Assembly: GCF_009914755.1 (NCBI RefSeq)
Contig: NC_060935.1
Origin: the human T2T-CHM13v2.0 reference genome, Homo sapiens
Strand: one strand, 5' to 3'
DNA length: 64,000 nucleotides
Position 1 is the stretch's first letter. Each line of letters starts with the position of its first letter. Positions 17,255 to 36,491 of the stretch are shown in pieces. Below the pieces are notes generated by a model. That model did not search any database. It saw only the letters and a program-made list of their open reading frames with translations, and was not told the DNA's origin. Position numbers and translations under genes: made by a program.

Positions 17255-17955
17255 ATAGGTATGGATTGCAGATTATTACTATGGACTATGGCACATTTTT
17301 GGCAATTTCTACATTAGTTAATATTTTTATGTACTTTTTATTATTGGAGCAAATAAATTCAGATTCTGGGCTGTTGTAGGCCTCATCTGATCTAACAAAC
17401 ACTTTTGTGTCATTCCAAAATGTGGAAAGCCTTAGTGGTTATTTGAATTCAGCTAGGACGGACAGAAAATTATGGCTTATTTCCATATTAGTTCTCCACC
17501 TTGGAGTCATAATTTAATCCATGGTATCTTTGATCATATCTGGTAGTTCTTCAGAATTAAAGATATTTTTATGTATCTTTTACCAGTTACCAGTAAGAGA
17601 GCGCAGTGCTTGTAGACATAGTCTTCAAATTTTAGAAGTGATATATGTTACATTAGGAGTGGATGAATTTAATCCATTTATTAGGTAAGTTTTAAAAAAT
17701 CAACTTTTAATGGAGCCTTTGAGTGAAAAAGACCTTAGCTGGTTCAAATAAGTATTTATGGGACTCTTTATCTAAGGCTCTTATGACACAGAAAATCCAA
17801 TATTTAACTGAACATATGATGAGATGAAGGTGTTCGATGGACCCATTGGTAAGCTAAGTCATGGAAATAACAATGGAAGCGCTTAAGCACTGCTCCTTTG
17901 TTGGTAAATACACATTTCTTTATTGTAGAAACAGTTACTGAATTGATATTGGAAT
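17255..17955 (+). mobile_element. Ancient ERV-L reverse transcriptase remnant; paralogs at about 59045-59755 and 26569-27090
   Basis: Peptides ITMDY, LLEQINSDSGLL*ASSDLTNTF (ERV-L LLEQINTSPGTWYAAIDLANAF), FEFS*DGQ, SPPWSHNL and KQLLN*YW (EKQLLACYW). Confidence 0.7.
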
Positions 17956-20900
17956 AAAATTAAAGGATTGGATTAATGGACTACAGATTCAGGCCTTGAT
18001 CAAAAGCCTGTACTCTAACCTAAAACTGCAGAGTTATGATTACCTACTGTTTCAAGAATCAGAATGTCAACTTCCATTCTTAGGCTCTCTGCCTCTGAGC
18101 CTCAGGGCTTCTTGAGCATGGATTTTCTAACAGGAAGCATAAGGGCCTCCTTGCTGGGAATATGCTTACAGAAGAGAACGTGGGGCTCGTTCCCCCTTCA
18201 TTCTGGCTGAAATATTACTTGCCTTACCTGAGTATTTCATAATGTGAACCTCATAATTTATTGTTCAATTTACTTTAGAATTTTTCTTTTCACATTATGG
18301 GCTTTTCACATTACTTTGCAGTTACCTGTACTTCCTTGGTGAGACCCACGTCTTTTGCCTCTAGAGATTTTGTAAGGGGAAAACAAGGTGCTCAGAGAGT
18401 TTACTTCATTTGAATTAATTCCAAATATTCAAATTAACTAATCTATAATGACCTTACTCTCTCTTATATTTAAAATAGTGATGATGTAAAAGTCATAGAT
18501 TGTGTCTACACATAAATGGGATAATTATTTTCTTGATAGAATAACCCAAGAGATATCTGAAGAGTTAAATTTCTTCCCAAGGTAGAGCATGCCTTCAGTT
18601 GGACTCTAGTCCTCTAGGTGTGATGTTTTCTTGTCATATCCTCCATTTCGTGTAAAAATTTGTGAAAGTTCTCAATTTACTGGGCTGAGGTGGGGGAGAT
18701 ATAAAGACATGTTTTTAATCAGGAAAGAAGTGGACTTAGGGGTATGCTGTTTGAATAATATGTGAATGACTGAAAAACTGAAGAGTTTGGCTTCTGCCTG
18801 TGAGAATGCTCTGTTATTGTTTTTTCCATAAATTTAAATTTCTGCCTTGTCCCTGTTAGGTACAAAGCGTAATAGCTGGGCACATGAAGGTTATCATAAA
18901 TCCTGAGTCTCAGTAAAGTACTTATGGTTGTTTCACTATAATCTAGGAAACTTTCATGTAACAAATTTTAGTGTTGGTACATTTTTGTTCCCTTGTGTCA
19001 CAAAATAAAGGTCTTGTCCTGGTTAATTTCTACTAATTAGGTCGATTTTAACATAATCATGCAACAATAGTGTCTCTGTTTTTTTAATGAAGAAATTTTC
19101 CAGCAGGTGAGAATATTTAACTACCTTTCTACATTGTGTTTAAGCATCTTTATGTTTTGGTCATCTGCTTTGGATAGTGCTATACTTCTCTAATGACTGA
19201 GATAATGAGAACCCTGTGTGGAATTGAGGAAATTGTAGCCACTAGAAACTAATTCCATATCTATAGATCAGCCATTCATATTCATGTGTTCTATGGTCAC
19301 ACATAGATGCATGAGGTATTGAGATTAATGCTCAGTGAAAGAAGCATTGTTTTTCTGGACCATGATGTGAGTATTTGAAATCACTGACAAGAGATATTCA
19401 TTGAGAATTCATGTGATATGTTGAAATGTAGCTAATGTCTTAAATACCGTATGATTTCATTGAAGGAATCTAATTGGGAAAGTTAAGTTAGCAAGCATAA
19501 AAATTTTTCAGAATATGCAATGTATTTTTGGTTTTAATATAGAGCATAATTTGTTTTCCTTTTCTGTTTGCTGAATAAGAAGAAAAATATGTCCCATATT
19601 ACATGGGACATAATAAACCAATAGATTTATAATCATAATCTTAGTTTTGGAGATGTTATATTTTATATAATATATTAATAAAGGTGTACAATCACTTTCA
19701 GATATATTTGATTAGGGAGTTTAAAATTGCAGATCATGTCAAGTGTGTTAGAATGTGAAGGAACCAATGCCTGTTATGTTCTGGAAGCAAAATATGGGTT
19801 TCTACTTATGAATCTAAAAATATCCCAGCAAACATACTAGTAGATATATATGCTCAGGGAAGTACCCAGTCTAGTGTCACTTAAATAGATTTATAAATCT
19901 GTGACTGTGAAATATAATATTATACAGATTTTTGTTGTGTCATTTTATCTTTTGAAAATGGGAGTTCTAAGAAAGTGTGTCAAAACATTTTTTTCTAGAA
20001 AAATGTTAACTTAGCAGTTTACACTGAAAGCCTAGTAATGCTATCTTTCAGTTTCTAAAGTATTCAATTTTTAATTACTTAAACTATAGAAAATAGTTTA
20101 CATACCCTATTTTTTACAAGTAAACATTTAAATTTCCAAAAGGATTTTCCTGTGAAATCAAGTTTTGATGATGGAAGAGGGAAAAGTCACTCAACGTTGC
20201 AGGAAGTAAGGTGTTAAAAAAAAACAGAATTGGCTCCAGACTACGTTATTCCCTTATGTTCTTCAGTAGATGTGTCTCTATCAGTCTATAGCTTCAACAA
20301 TGACAGAACTCCGGAATCAGCTGGAAGTGGTAACATGAAGGAAACATGTGGAATGTTCATCATAGCTGGCATCTAGAGACAGCTCAAACTCTCTCTGCAC
20401 ACATCCTCTTTCACTGCCAGATCATGTAAATGGAATCATCCTGTCTAAATTTGAGTTTTAGTAATTCTGCAGTTTTCTTCAGCAGTGAACAATGAGAAAG
20501 TCTGGGTTTTTATCTCTACCTATCCCATTGTTCTCAGTAATTGGTTTGTCCTTAACTGTCAGATCTAGAGACTTAGAGAAACAATGGTTTTTTTCTTTCT
20601 TTCTTTTGAATTTTCTTTTCTTTTTTTTTACTAGGTTCTGGTCCCTGTTTGTTTTGGCTACCCCAAAAAAACCTCCTGAGTCTCCCCAGGGACCCACAGG
20701 AGGTTGCACTTTCAGGATTTCCTTACTAAATGGGATCTTTCTGAAGAGGATTTTAAAAGAATACTAACCTCACTTAATCATCCCATAGATCTTCTTATTG
20801 CTGTGGATACTAATTTGTTAGCTACAATTTCTCTATTTTCTTATTTTAGCCTTCTTTTCATTTCCAGATCTCTCCCCCATGGTGGGTCCAACTTTTTATT

Positions 20901-21134
20901 ATAATTCTGTTTGCTTCTCATTAAGATACATTCCATCACAGCTAAAGTTACTACTCATATAATTAAATCATTATTTTCTAAGGGATACAATTTTATTGTT
21001 TGCCCACAAACATCTTTCCTGAATGATAGGTATCTTATCCTTTTTTCCTGGACTATGTGAATAAATCTTTTCAAGTTGACAGATATCTGCATGATTTGTT
21101 CTCATTCTATGTATTCAGTAAAGCATTCAAGAAC

Positions 21135-21365
21135 AGTAATAATAGCTATCATTTATTGAGCCCTTAAGAGATGCCAGCCAGTGTTCTAGGCACTTTACTT
21201 TGTTTTAATAAAACAACAACTCTAGGGGCTATTGGGATCCTCGTTCTATAAATGATGCAAGTAAGGGATAGAGAGCTTTAGTAAATGGCCCAAAATCTCA
21301 TAAAAAATGGTGAAGCTGAAGTTGTAGCTGAAGCAGTGTGGCTCCAGTGTCCACATTATTCACCA
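21135..21365. mobile_element. MIR-like SINE relic; paralog at about 62950-63170
   Basis: aataatagctatcatttattgagc...ctaggcactttac...gtaaatggcccaaaatc...gtgtggctccag resembles the MIR core. Confidence 0.55.
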
Positions 21366-22767
21366 CATGCTACACTTTCTCTCCAAGGATGTCTTGGATC
21401 TTAAATAGGTACATACTGAGTGAGAAACTTATAGTCACTATTTACTCACTGTAATCATGAAAACTCTTGCCCAACTGACTACCATTTGTCATGTAACAGT
21501 TATGAGCTTGGAATTTTTATTTAATTATAAATTTATAAAAAATGAAAAAAATTATCAGCAGAATACCATAAAGGAGAAGTGCACTAATAGCTTTGTAAAT
21601 AGTTGACCAGAAAGGATTCTGAATTTCTCAATTTTAATCTCAGTGTTTTCCAGTGAGCAAACTGAAACAGACTTGTAAATGCATTCAGAAAATGACTCAA
21701 ATCATGCCTTCTTACACAGAATTTGGAATTTCTCTTAGAGTGTGCTTCTTTTTGTAATCTGGTAACTAGGATTCTATTTTTGAGTACTCTTGGTATCTAT
21801 ATACTGTTATGAATAAAACCATGTCCCACTGTTCTGTACCTCTTTCTACAGTGTCTACATTCTCTTCTTTCACTACCTAGCTCAACTCAAGAATTCAGAA
21901 AAAAAAAAATCCTCACTGCTTTTTGGTAGTTGGTGATAGTCATGAGTTGGCTCACTTGAGTTCAAAATTAATTGTTTATAATTAGAATATGGTATGTAAG
22001 TGTTGTAAAAATTGGGGTGTAGACAAGGATAAAATGGAGAGAATCACAGCTCCTTATAAGGTGGACAGAGAGTCAGACCACGTAATTGCTAAAGGGAACA
22101 ATGTGATAAATAACATCATAGAATTTATATAGTTCAGAGTCCTGTCTTTTGACATTTAATGAAAGACTAATGAAGACTGAACATCCTTTGAGGCATGAAA
22201 GAATGAAATCTAACAGTAGAAGGCCAGAGTACTGAGTGAGATATTTCACGTGTTATTCTTGGTGCTACACAGATCATATTACAAAGATACCACAATTACA
22301 AACACAAAGACTAAATCTATGTCAATTTGTTTATTTAGAGTTTATTACCAACATCAGAGAGTAGGTTTCTTGAGAACAAGAAGCCATTGACTATTCATCA
22401 CAGCTGACTTCTGGTCAAGAAAAATGTTTTAAATAAGAGGTTATGAAAGGTATGAATGGCTGTTGGGACTTTTAACTCTTCTTCTGTGTAGGATATTCAC
22501 TAAAACTTAGAGGTAGAGGCATTTACCTGTGGCTGAAACTAAAATCTTTGAGGAGTAATAGAATCATCAAGGGAAGATGGGCTCTTTGTGTGAGGAACTC
22601 AATAGAGACTTACTAAATGTTTACTGTGTGTAAGTGAGTATTGAGGATACAATGATGAAGATGTGCTCTGAGACACAATGGATGCAATCATATTCCTGTT
22701 CACTACTGCATTACAGGTCCTGTTCTCCTGAGCTCTCACCTCTGATACAAGCCTGAGAGAAGAGTAA

Positions 22768-23714
22768 ATGAGACCTAATAACAGCATTACAGAATTTGTC
22801 CTCCTGGGATTCTCTCAGGATCCTGGTATGCAAAAAGAATTATTTGTCATGTTTTTATTCACATACGTTGTGACTGTGTTGGGGAACCAGCTCATTGTGG
22901 TGACTATCATTGCCAGCCCTTCCTTGGGCTCCCCAATGTACTTCTTCCTTGCCTGCCTGTCATTTATAGATGCTGCATATTTCACTGTCATTTCTCCCAA
23001 ATTGATTGTGGACTTACTCTGTGATAAAAAGACTATTTCCTTCCAAACGTTCATGGGCCAACTATTTATAGACCACTTCTTTGGTGGTGCAGAGGCCTTC
23101 CTTCTGGTGGTGATGGCCTATGATCGCTATGTTGCCATCTGTAAGACATTGCACTATTTGACCATCATGACTCGACAGGTTTGTATCCTTGCATTGCTGG
23201 TGGCTGCGACAGGCGGTTTTGTGCATTCTGTGTTTCAAATTGTTGTTGTGTACAGTCTCCCTTTCTGTGGCGCCAATGTCATTGATCATTTCAGTTGTGA
23301 CATGTATCCATTATTGGAACTGGCATGAACTGACACCTACTTTATAGGCCTCACTGTTGTTTTCAGTGGTGGAGCACTCTGTATGGTCATCTTCACCCTT
23401 CTAATAATTTCCTATAGGGTCATCCTAAACTCCCTTAAAACTTACACTCAGGAAGGGAGGCATAAAGCCCTGTCTACCTGCAGCTCCCACATCACTGTGA
23501 TTGTTCTCTTTTTATTCCCTGTATTTTCATATATGTGAGACCTGTTTCAAACTTTTCTATTGACACATTCATGACTGTCTTTTATACAGTTATCACACCC
23601 AAGTTGAATCCTTTAATATACACTTTCAGAAATTCAGAGATGAGAAATGTTATAGAAAAACTCTTGGTGAAAAAGGTAACTATATTTAGAATAACAGGGT
23701 CCATCCTCATGTAG
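22768..23714 (+). pseudogene. OR4A9P: OR4A-subfamily pseudogene (probably OR4A9P, named from recalled gene order)
   Basis: Full-length OR homology from [10 protein letters not shown] through [15 protein letters not shown] and PKLNPLIY to TAG 23712-23714. Lesions: TGA at 23326-23328 replacing the Cys of ELAC, a 1-bp deletion in the T run 23509-23513, loss of the Cys before TM3 (FQTFMGQ) and KPLH to KTLH. Confidence 0.9.
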
Positions 23715-24789
23715 GTAAGGAGGTATGTAGTAATGGTCTTCCCAGTGAAGTTTTCAGGTTTCTAAGGGCAAGTCAAGGATCCCAAGGACAGGATTTAGAT
23801 GCTCCCACCTCAATTAAGAAGTCATCCTGTCATGATATCTGATTGAAGTTCAGGATCTCAACTTCTATATCCAGACTGAGTGTGGATGGGGCTTCTTGGG
23901 TGCAGGTCTTATTTTGCACGTTTTAAATTATGGCTTTTCCTATTTACAGATGTTTGAGGCAGGACATTTCTTCCACATGCTCAGCACACAATGGAGACAG
24001 GGAGGAATAGGTAATAAAATAGATGCTCCTGTTCAAAAGGGAAAGCTGTGGTGCTTCCTTCTGCACAATTTATTTAAAGACTTTATGAAATATACAAGCA
24101 CCATATTCACAAATATCTTTAAAACTGGCCCTTCTCAGACTTGAGCTGAAATTGTATATGCAGTCATATAATACTCTTAAGTATCTTAGAATTATGTTTT
24201 CTAGTTTAAGGTACTTACGAGACACACCATCAAATTTTTCTGTAGTCTTTACAAGTGTCTTAACATCCATAATTTTGAAATAGCATTTATTTTGATGACC
24301 TTTCTTAATTTTAGAGTACTTAGCTCTTTGCAGAGACTGGAAAGGGGAACCAGTTTTATGTTTGAAAGCAACAATTTCTGGTTCTTTTATGTTTCCTGCA
24401 AATTCTGTCTGAAAATGTTACAGTTAATATTTTCAGTAATTTTTAAAAAATCTATGCCTTATTATATGATACACTGCTCTAAGAAACAGCTGCAATTTTA
24501 AATATTCTATTTGGAAATTTTAGCCAAATCCACCTATTCACTTAAGCACATTTTTTATTTTCTACCTTCCTATAGGTGACAGAATTACACATTTTTTCAG
24601 CACTGGATAGCAACTCACTTTTTTTACAGCCTCTGGAATACTTCTGTCTGTTGAGCATTCACTTACAATATCCTGGTGGCCCCTAATTTTGGGCAATAAA
24701 GCCAATCAATGCCATACACTTTAAATTGTTGTTATGGAAACACCACTCCTTGAGGTATTACTTTTTATTCTGATCCTGTCTTCATGTAA

Positions 24790-25230
24790 GGTGCATGTCT
24801 CCACAGTTTTTGTGAGATAAAACAACCATCATTTTATTTTATCTCAAAATTTTGTGAGCCAGGAATTCAGGCAGTTGCTGGCAGGGTATTTCTTCTGTTT
24901 TGTGTAGCAAGTATTGAAGTCAACCTCTTATTCACCTGATAACTAAGTATTCTGTAGGATTCAGTATAACTTAACTCACATTTATAGTATATTGCAAGGG
25001 ATGACAGTAAGAGTTGCACTGGGTCCCTGTTCCTATCTCTTTAGATGAAGGATCGCAAGATCACTCCAGAGAATAGTCAGGCTTTTTACGTGGTGCCCAG
25101 AGATCTCAGTGGGAGAAAGCAGAAGGGTTCAGCCAGTTAAGTGCTGTGTCCAAAAATGGCGTAATGTCACTTGCATCATGTTCTATTCCATCGAGTGGTC
25201 ACATGACCACCCCAGATTTGAGTTTTTACA
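24790..25230 (-). mobile_element. Old MLT1-type MaLR LTR relic; paralog at about 47060-47560
   Basis: aaaacaaccatcattttatt...gtgagccaggaattcaggcag...tgtcacttgcatcatgttctattc pattern. Confidence 0.45.
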
Positions 25231-25329
25231 GAAATAGAAGATAACGCTTGATTGGGAAGTGGCAAAGTAATTTTGCAGAGCAGCATGCAGAACAATTGTG
25301 TACATATGAAAAAGAGCACATCTCAAAAA

Positions 25330-26340
25330 TATTGGAGTTTTATTCATTTTTAAGTTTTATCTATAAAACATCTTGTATTAATAACATCTTAACAATATTG
25401 GGTTTTCTAATTCTTGAATACCGTATATCTGTTAGGTGTTTTAAATGTTTATTTGTGAAGAGTTTTATAATTTTTATTAGTGTATGGATCTTCCTTATCT
25501 ATTCCTAAGTGTTTAGGTTTTCAGATTTCATCATAGATTTTTAATTTTTTAAAAAAATCCAATTTTTATTGTTGTTAGTATATATAAAGGAAATTGAATT
25601 TTTAATTTGACCCTTGCGTCCCATAAACTTGCTAAATTTACTTCTTATTCCCACAAAGTTATGTCTTTAGATTCTTTAGGGTTTTTCGAAACACTATCAT
25701 GTAATGTACAAGTAAAGATAGCTCATTACTTGGAAAGAGATAGGAGTGTTTCAGTTTCTTTTTGTGTCATTTTTAGAAAGTTGTCCTTTCCCTATGTTTT
25801 ACCTAATTTATCTAAGCTGTCAAATTAATTGAAATAATGTATTTTATAACAATACTTTCCAAACCTTTTAAAGTCTAAAGGGTCTATGGGATGATTATTT
25901 GTTTTATGATTTCTGATATTGGTAATTTGAATTTCTTGTTGTTTTCTCTTGATAACCCTTGCTAGCAAGTTATCAATTTAATTGTAAAAGTACCAATTTT
26001 TGGCAATTTTTATTTTCTGTATTTTATGTTTTCCATTTTATTGGTGTTTGATCTTATATTTATGTCCTTTTGTTTACTTACCTTGGCTTTTATTTACTCT
26101 TCTTCTAGCTTAAGGTGATGGATCAGATGGCTGCTTTTAAACATTTATTTTAAGTGAAAGCATTTATAGCTATGCATTTTCCTTAAGTGCTGTTTTGATT
26201 ACACCTCACAAATTTTGATGTGTTTCTGTTATTGCTTAGTTCTAACTATTTGCTTAGTTACATTATACCTTTTTCTTTGATTCATAGGTTCATTAAATAT
26301 TTATTGGCATGTTTCCCAGTATTTGAAGTTTATTCTAGAT
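25330..26340 (-). mobile_element. Degenerate L1M fragments; paralog at about 47600-48660
   Basis: T-rich reverse-L1 motifs (catcttaacaatattg, aaacttgctaaattt, atagctatgcattttcctt). Confidence 0.5.
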
Positions 26341-27499
26341 ACATTTATGAGTTATGTATTTATTCATATAAAATTATTTCAATATTTGGTGATTCAAACA
26401 ATTTGTGCTCATTTTCAATTTCTGTAGGTGAGGAAACTAAGGATGGTTTAGCAGGTTCCCGTGGTTATAAATTTTCTCACAAAGCTGTAATCATGGTGCT
26501 TCTTGGGGCTACCATCTCATATGAAGGCTTGGCTGAGGAAGGATCCACTTCCACACTGGGTGTTGGCATTAGTAGTTGTTTGAATTCAGCTGTAAGGGAC
26601 ATAGAGGATTAGGTTTTATTCTCATATATTAGTTCTTCATCTTGGAGTCACAATTTAAACCACGGTATCTTTGATTATATCTGATAGTTCTCTAGAAATA
26701 AACATATGTTTGTGCATGTTTTACCACGTACCAGTAAGACAGCACAGCGATTATAGACAGGCTTTTCAAATTTTAGCAGTAATACATATTACATTTGTGG
26801 TGGATGAATTTAAAACATTTATTAGGTAGGTTGAAAATGACCAACATTTAGTGGAGCCCGTTATGTGATAAAGACGTTAGCTCGTTCAGTTAGGTATTTA
26901 TGGGACTCTATCTAAGGCTCTTATGACAGAAAGATCCAATATTTAATTAACATATGATGAGATGAAGGTGTTCAATGGAGCCAATGATAAGCCAAGTCAG
27001 AGAAATAACAATGGAAGCCCTTAAGCACTGCTCCCTTGTTGGCAAATACAAATTTCTTTATTGTAGAAACAGTTACTGAATTGATATTGCAATAAAATTA
27101 AAAGATTGAATTAATGGACTACAGATTATTATGGTTATATGTAACATAGATTCAGGCCTTGATCAAAAGCCCGTATTCTAACCTAAAACTGCAGAACTAT
27201 GATTACCTACCTTTCCAAGAATCAGAATGTCAACTTCCACTCTCAGGAGCTCTACCTCTGAGCCTCAGGGCTTCTTGGGCACGGACTTTCTAACAGGAAG
27301 GGTAAAGCCCTCCTTACTGGGAATATTTTTAGAGAATAGAACCTGGGGCTGGTTCTCCTTTCATTCTTGCTGAAATATTACTTGCCACACCTAAATATTT
27401 CACAATATAAAATTCATAATTTACTAGTCAATTTACTTTTGAGTTTTTGTTTACATATTAACAGCTTTTCACATTATTTGGCATTTAGCTACTTTTCTT

Positions 27500-33646
<6,147 letters not shown>

Positions 33647-34015
33647 TCTGCTTTGTTCTTGCTGAGGAATTTTTTTTTTTTTTTTGTATTTGTATTTTTT
33701 GTAATGTGGGTCTACTGGCTATGACATTTCCCAACCCTCAAATACTTAGCTTATTAATGAATTGCACAGAGGCATGTTGAGAATACATACATTTCTCCCT
33801 TCTATTTCCTCAAATAGGTGAACGCTTGAAAGTGTGAGTAGAAATATTAGCAGCTTACCCGTGCAGAGGGGTGAAAAAATGGTTCAATTTCTGCATGATT
33901 AGAGTCACTTATTAAATACTTCAGTCTCCATTGAAACTTAAGCAGATTTATGTCTCACCATTAATGACTACATCCCAGAGTTAAGAATTATACTATCAAA
34001 TTTTAAGACATTCCT

Positions 34016-36491
34016 TGAATTAGTTAATTCTTGCATTGCTGTAAAAATATTGATACTTGAAACTGGGTAATTTATAAAGAAAAGAGGCTTAGTTAGCTCA
34101 TTGCTCCATAAGCTGCACACGGAGAATGATTCTGTTATGTTTTTGACTTCTGCGGAGGCCTCAGGAAATTTACAAACATGGCGGAAGGCAAAGTGGGAGC
34201 AGATACATTTTACCAGACAGCATCAGGAGCAAGAGGGGGAGGTGACACAAAATTTTAAATCACAAGATCTCATGAGAACTCACTGTCAGGATGACAGCAC
34301 CAAGGGGCAATGGCATTAAACCATGAGAAACTTCCCCCATATTCCAGTTACCTCCCACCAGACCCTACCTCCAACCTTTGATATTACATTTCAACATGAG
34401 ATTTAAGTGGGGACACAGATCAAAAGAATATCATTCTGGCACTGGCCCCTCCAAAACCTCATGCTCTTCTCACATTTCTCTCACATTTTCTCACATTTCA
34501 AAATACAATCAGTTCCCCAAAGTGCTAACCCATTCCAGCATTAACTGAAAAGTCCACAGCCCAGGCTTCTCTGAGACAAGGCTAGTCCCTTCCACCTAAG
34601 TCTGTAAAATCAAAAGCAAGCTAGTAACTTACAGGATACAAAGAAGTTACAGGAATTGGGTAAATACTTTCATTCCAAAGTGGAGAAATCAGCCAAAAGA
34701 AAGGGGTTACAGGCCCCATGTAAGTCTGCAATCTAACAGGGCAGTCATTAAATCTTAAAGCTCCAAAATAATTTCTTTTGACTCCATGCCTCACAACCAG
34801 GGCATATTCGTGCAATGTGTAGGCTTCCAAGGCAATGGGTAGCTCCACCCATGTGGCTTTGAAGGTTCAGCCCCCAAAGTTGCTCTTAGGTTGGGTGTTG
34901 CTCCTGGATGACTGTGGCTTTTCTAGGTACAGAGAGCAAGCTGCTGGGGGAGCAACCATTTTGGGGTCTGGAGAATGGTAGTCCTCTTCTCACAGCTCCA
35001 CTAGGCAGTGCCCCAGTGGGTACTCTGTGTATGGTCTCCAACCCCACATTTCCCCTCCACACTGCCTGAATAGAAGTTCTCTGTGAGAGCTCCACCCCTG
35101 CAGCAGGCTTCTCTTTGGGCATCCATGCTGTTTGATAGATCTTCTGAATCCTAAGTGGCAGCTTCCAAGCCTCATCCATTGCATTCTGTGCACCTGTAGG
35201 TTTACAAACACCTGGAAGCCTTCTATGCTCACAGCTTTCATCCTCTGAAGCAGTGGCCTGAGCTGTACCTTGGCCCCTTTTAGTTATGGCTGGACCTGGA
35301 ATGGCTGGGATGCAAACAGCAGTTTTCCAAGACTGCTCAGGGCAGTAGGGCCCTGGCTCTGGCTCAGAAAATTGTTCAGTTCTCCTAGATCTCCAGTTCT
35401 GTGATGGGAAGTCCTGTTGAAAAGGTCTGTGAAATGCCTTTGAGGGTTTTTCCTCATTGTCTTGGAGCTTAGCACTTGGCTACTCTTATGCAAATTTCTG
35501 CAGCCAGCTTGAATTTCTTCCCTGAAAACGGGCTTTTCTTTTCTTTCACATGGCCAGGCTGCAAATTTTTCAAACTTTTACACTCTGCTCCCATTTAAAT
35601 ATGTTCCATTTTCAGATCATTTCTTTGTTCTTTTATATGAGCTTAGGTTATTAGAAGCAGCCAGGCTAATAGAAGGAGCCAGGCTAAATCTTGAATGCTT
35701 TGCTGCTTAGAAATTTCTTCTGCCAGATACCCTAAATCATCATTCTCAAGTTCAAAGTTTGACAGATCCTTAGAGCAGGGACAAAATGCAGCCAGACTTT
35801 TCTGTAGCTCAGCAAAAGTGACTTCCACTCCAGTTCCCATTAAGTTTTTTATTTCTGTCTGAGATCTCCTCACTCTAGACTTTACTGTCCACTTCACTAT
35901 CAGCATTTTGGTCAGAGCCATTCAAAAATTCTCTAGGAAGTTCAAAATTTTCTTTCACCTTCCTTTCTTCTGAGCCCTCTACATTCTTCCAACCTCTGCC
36001 TGTTACCCAGTTTCAAAGCTGCTTCCACATTTTCAGGTATCTTTATAGATATGCTTCACTCTTCAGTACTAATTATTGTATTAGCCCACTCTTGCATTGC
36101 TATAAAGAAATATCAGAGAGATTCTGTAATTTATGAAGAAAAGAGTTTTAATTGGCTCATTGCTCCACAGGCTGTAACTGAAAGCATGATGCTGGCATCT
36201 CCTCAGTTCTGGGGAGGCCTCAGTAAATTTAAAATCAATGTGGAAGGCAAAGTGGGAGCAGGCACATCTTACATGGCAGGTGCAGGAGCAGTAAAGGGAA
36301 CTGCCACACACTTTTAAATAACCAGATCCCATGAGAACCCACAATTGTTATGACAGTACCAAAAAGGGACGGTGTTAAACCACGAGGAAATTCCGCAATA
36401 ATCCAGTCACCTCCCAGCAGGCCCTACCTCCAGCACTCGGAATTACATTTTAACATGAGATTTGGGTGGGGACACAGATCCAAACCATATC
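34016..36491 (-). mobile_element. Complete MST-type MaLR provirus, copy 2: LTR 34016-34433, internal region, LTR 36077-36491
   Basis: Two related ~415-bp LTRs flanking internal sequence; same right flank as copy 1; empty site near 49495. Confidence 0.88.

Noticed and set aside
22768-23328. 186-aa ORF as a functional short receptor
   Set aside because: It ends at a nonsense codon in ECL2, OR homology continues past it with a further frameshift, and a conserved Cys is lost
23712-23720. Donor-like AG/GTAAGG at the pseudogene stop codon
   Set aside because: A single short motif with no supporting downstream exon
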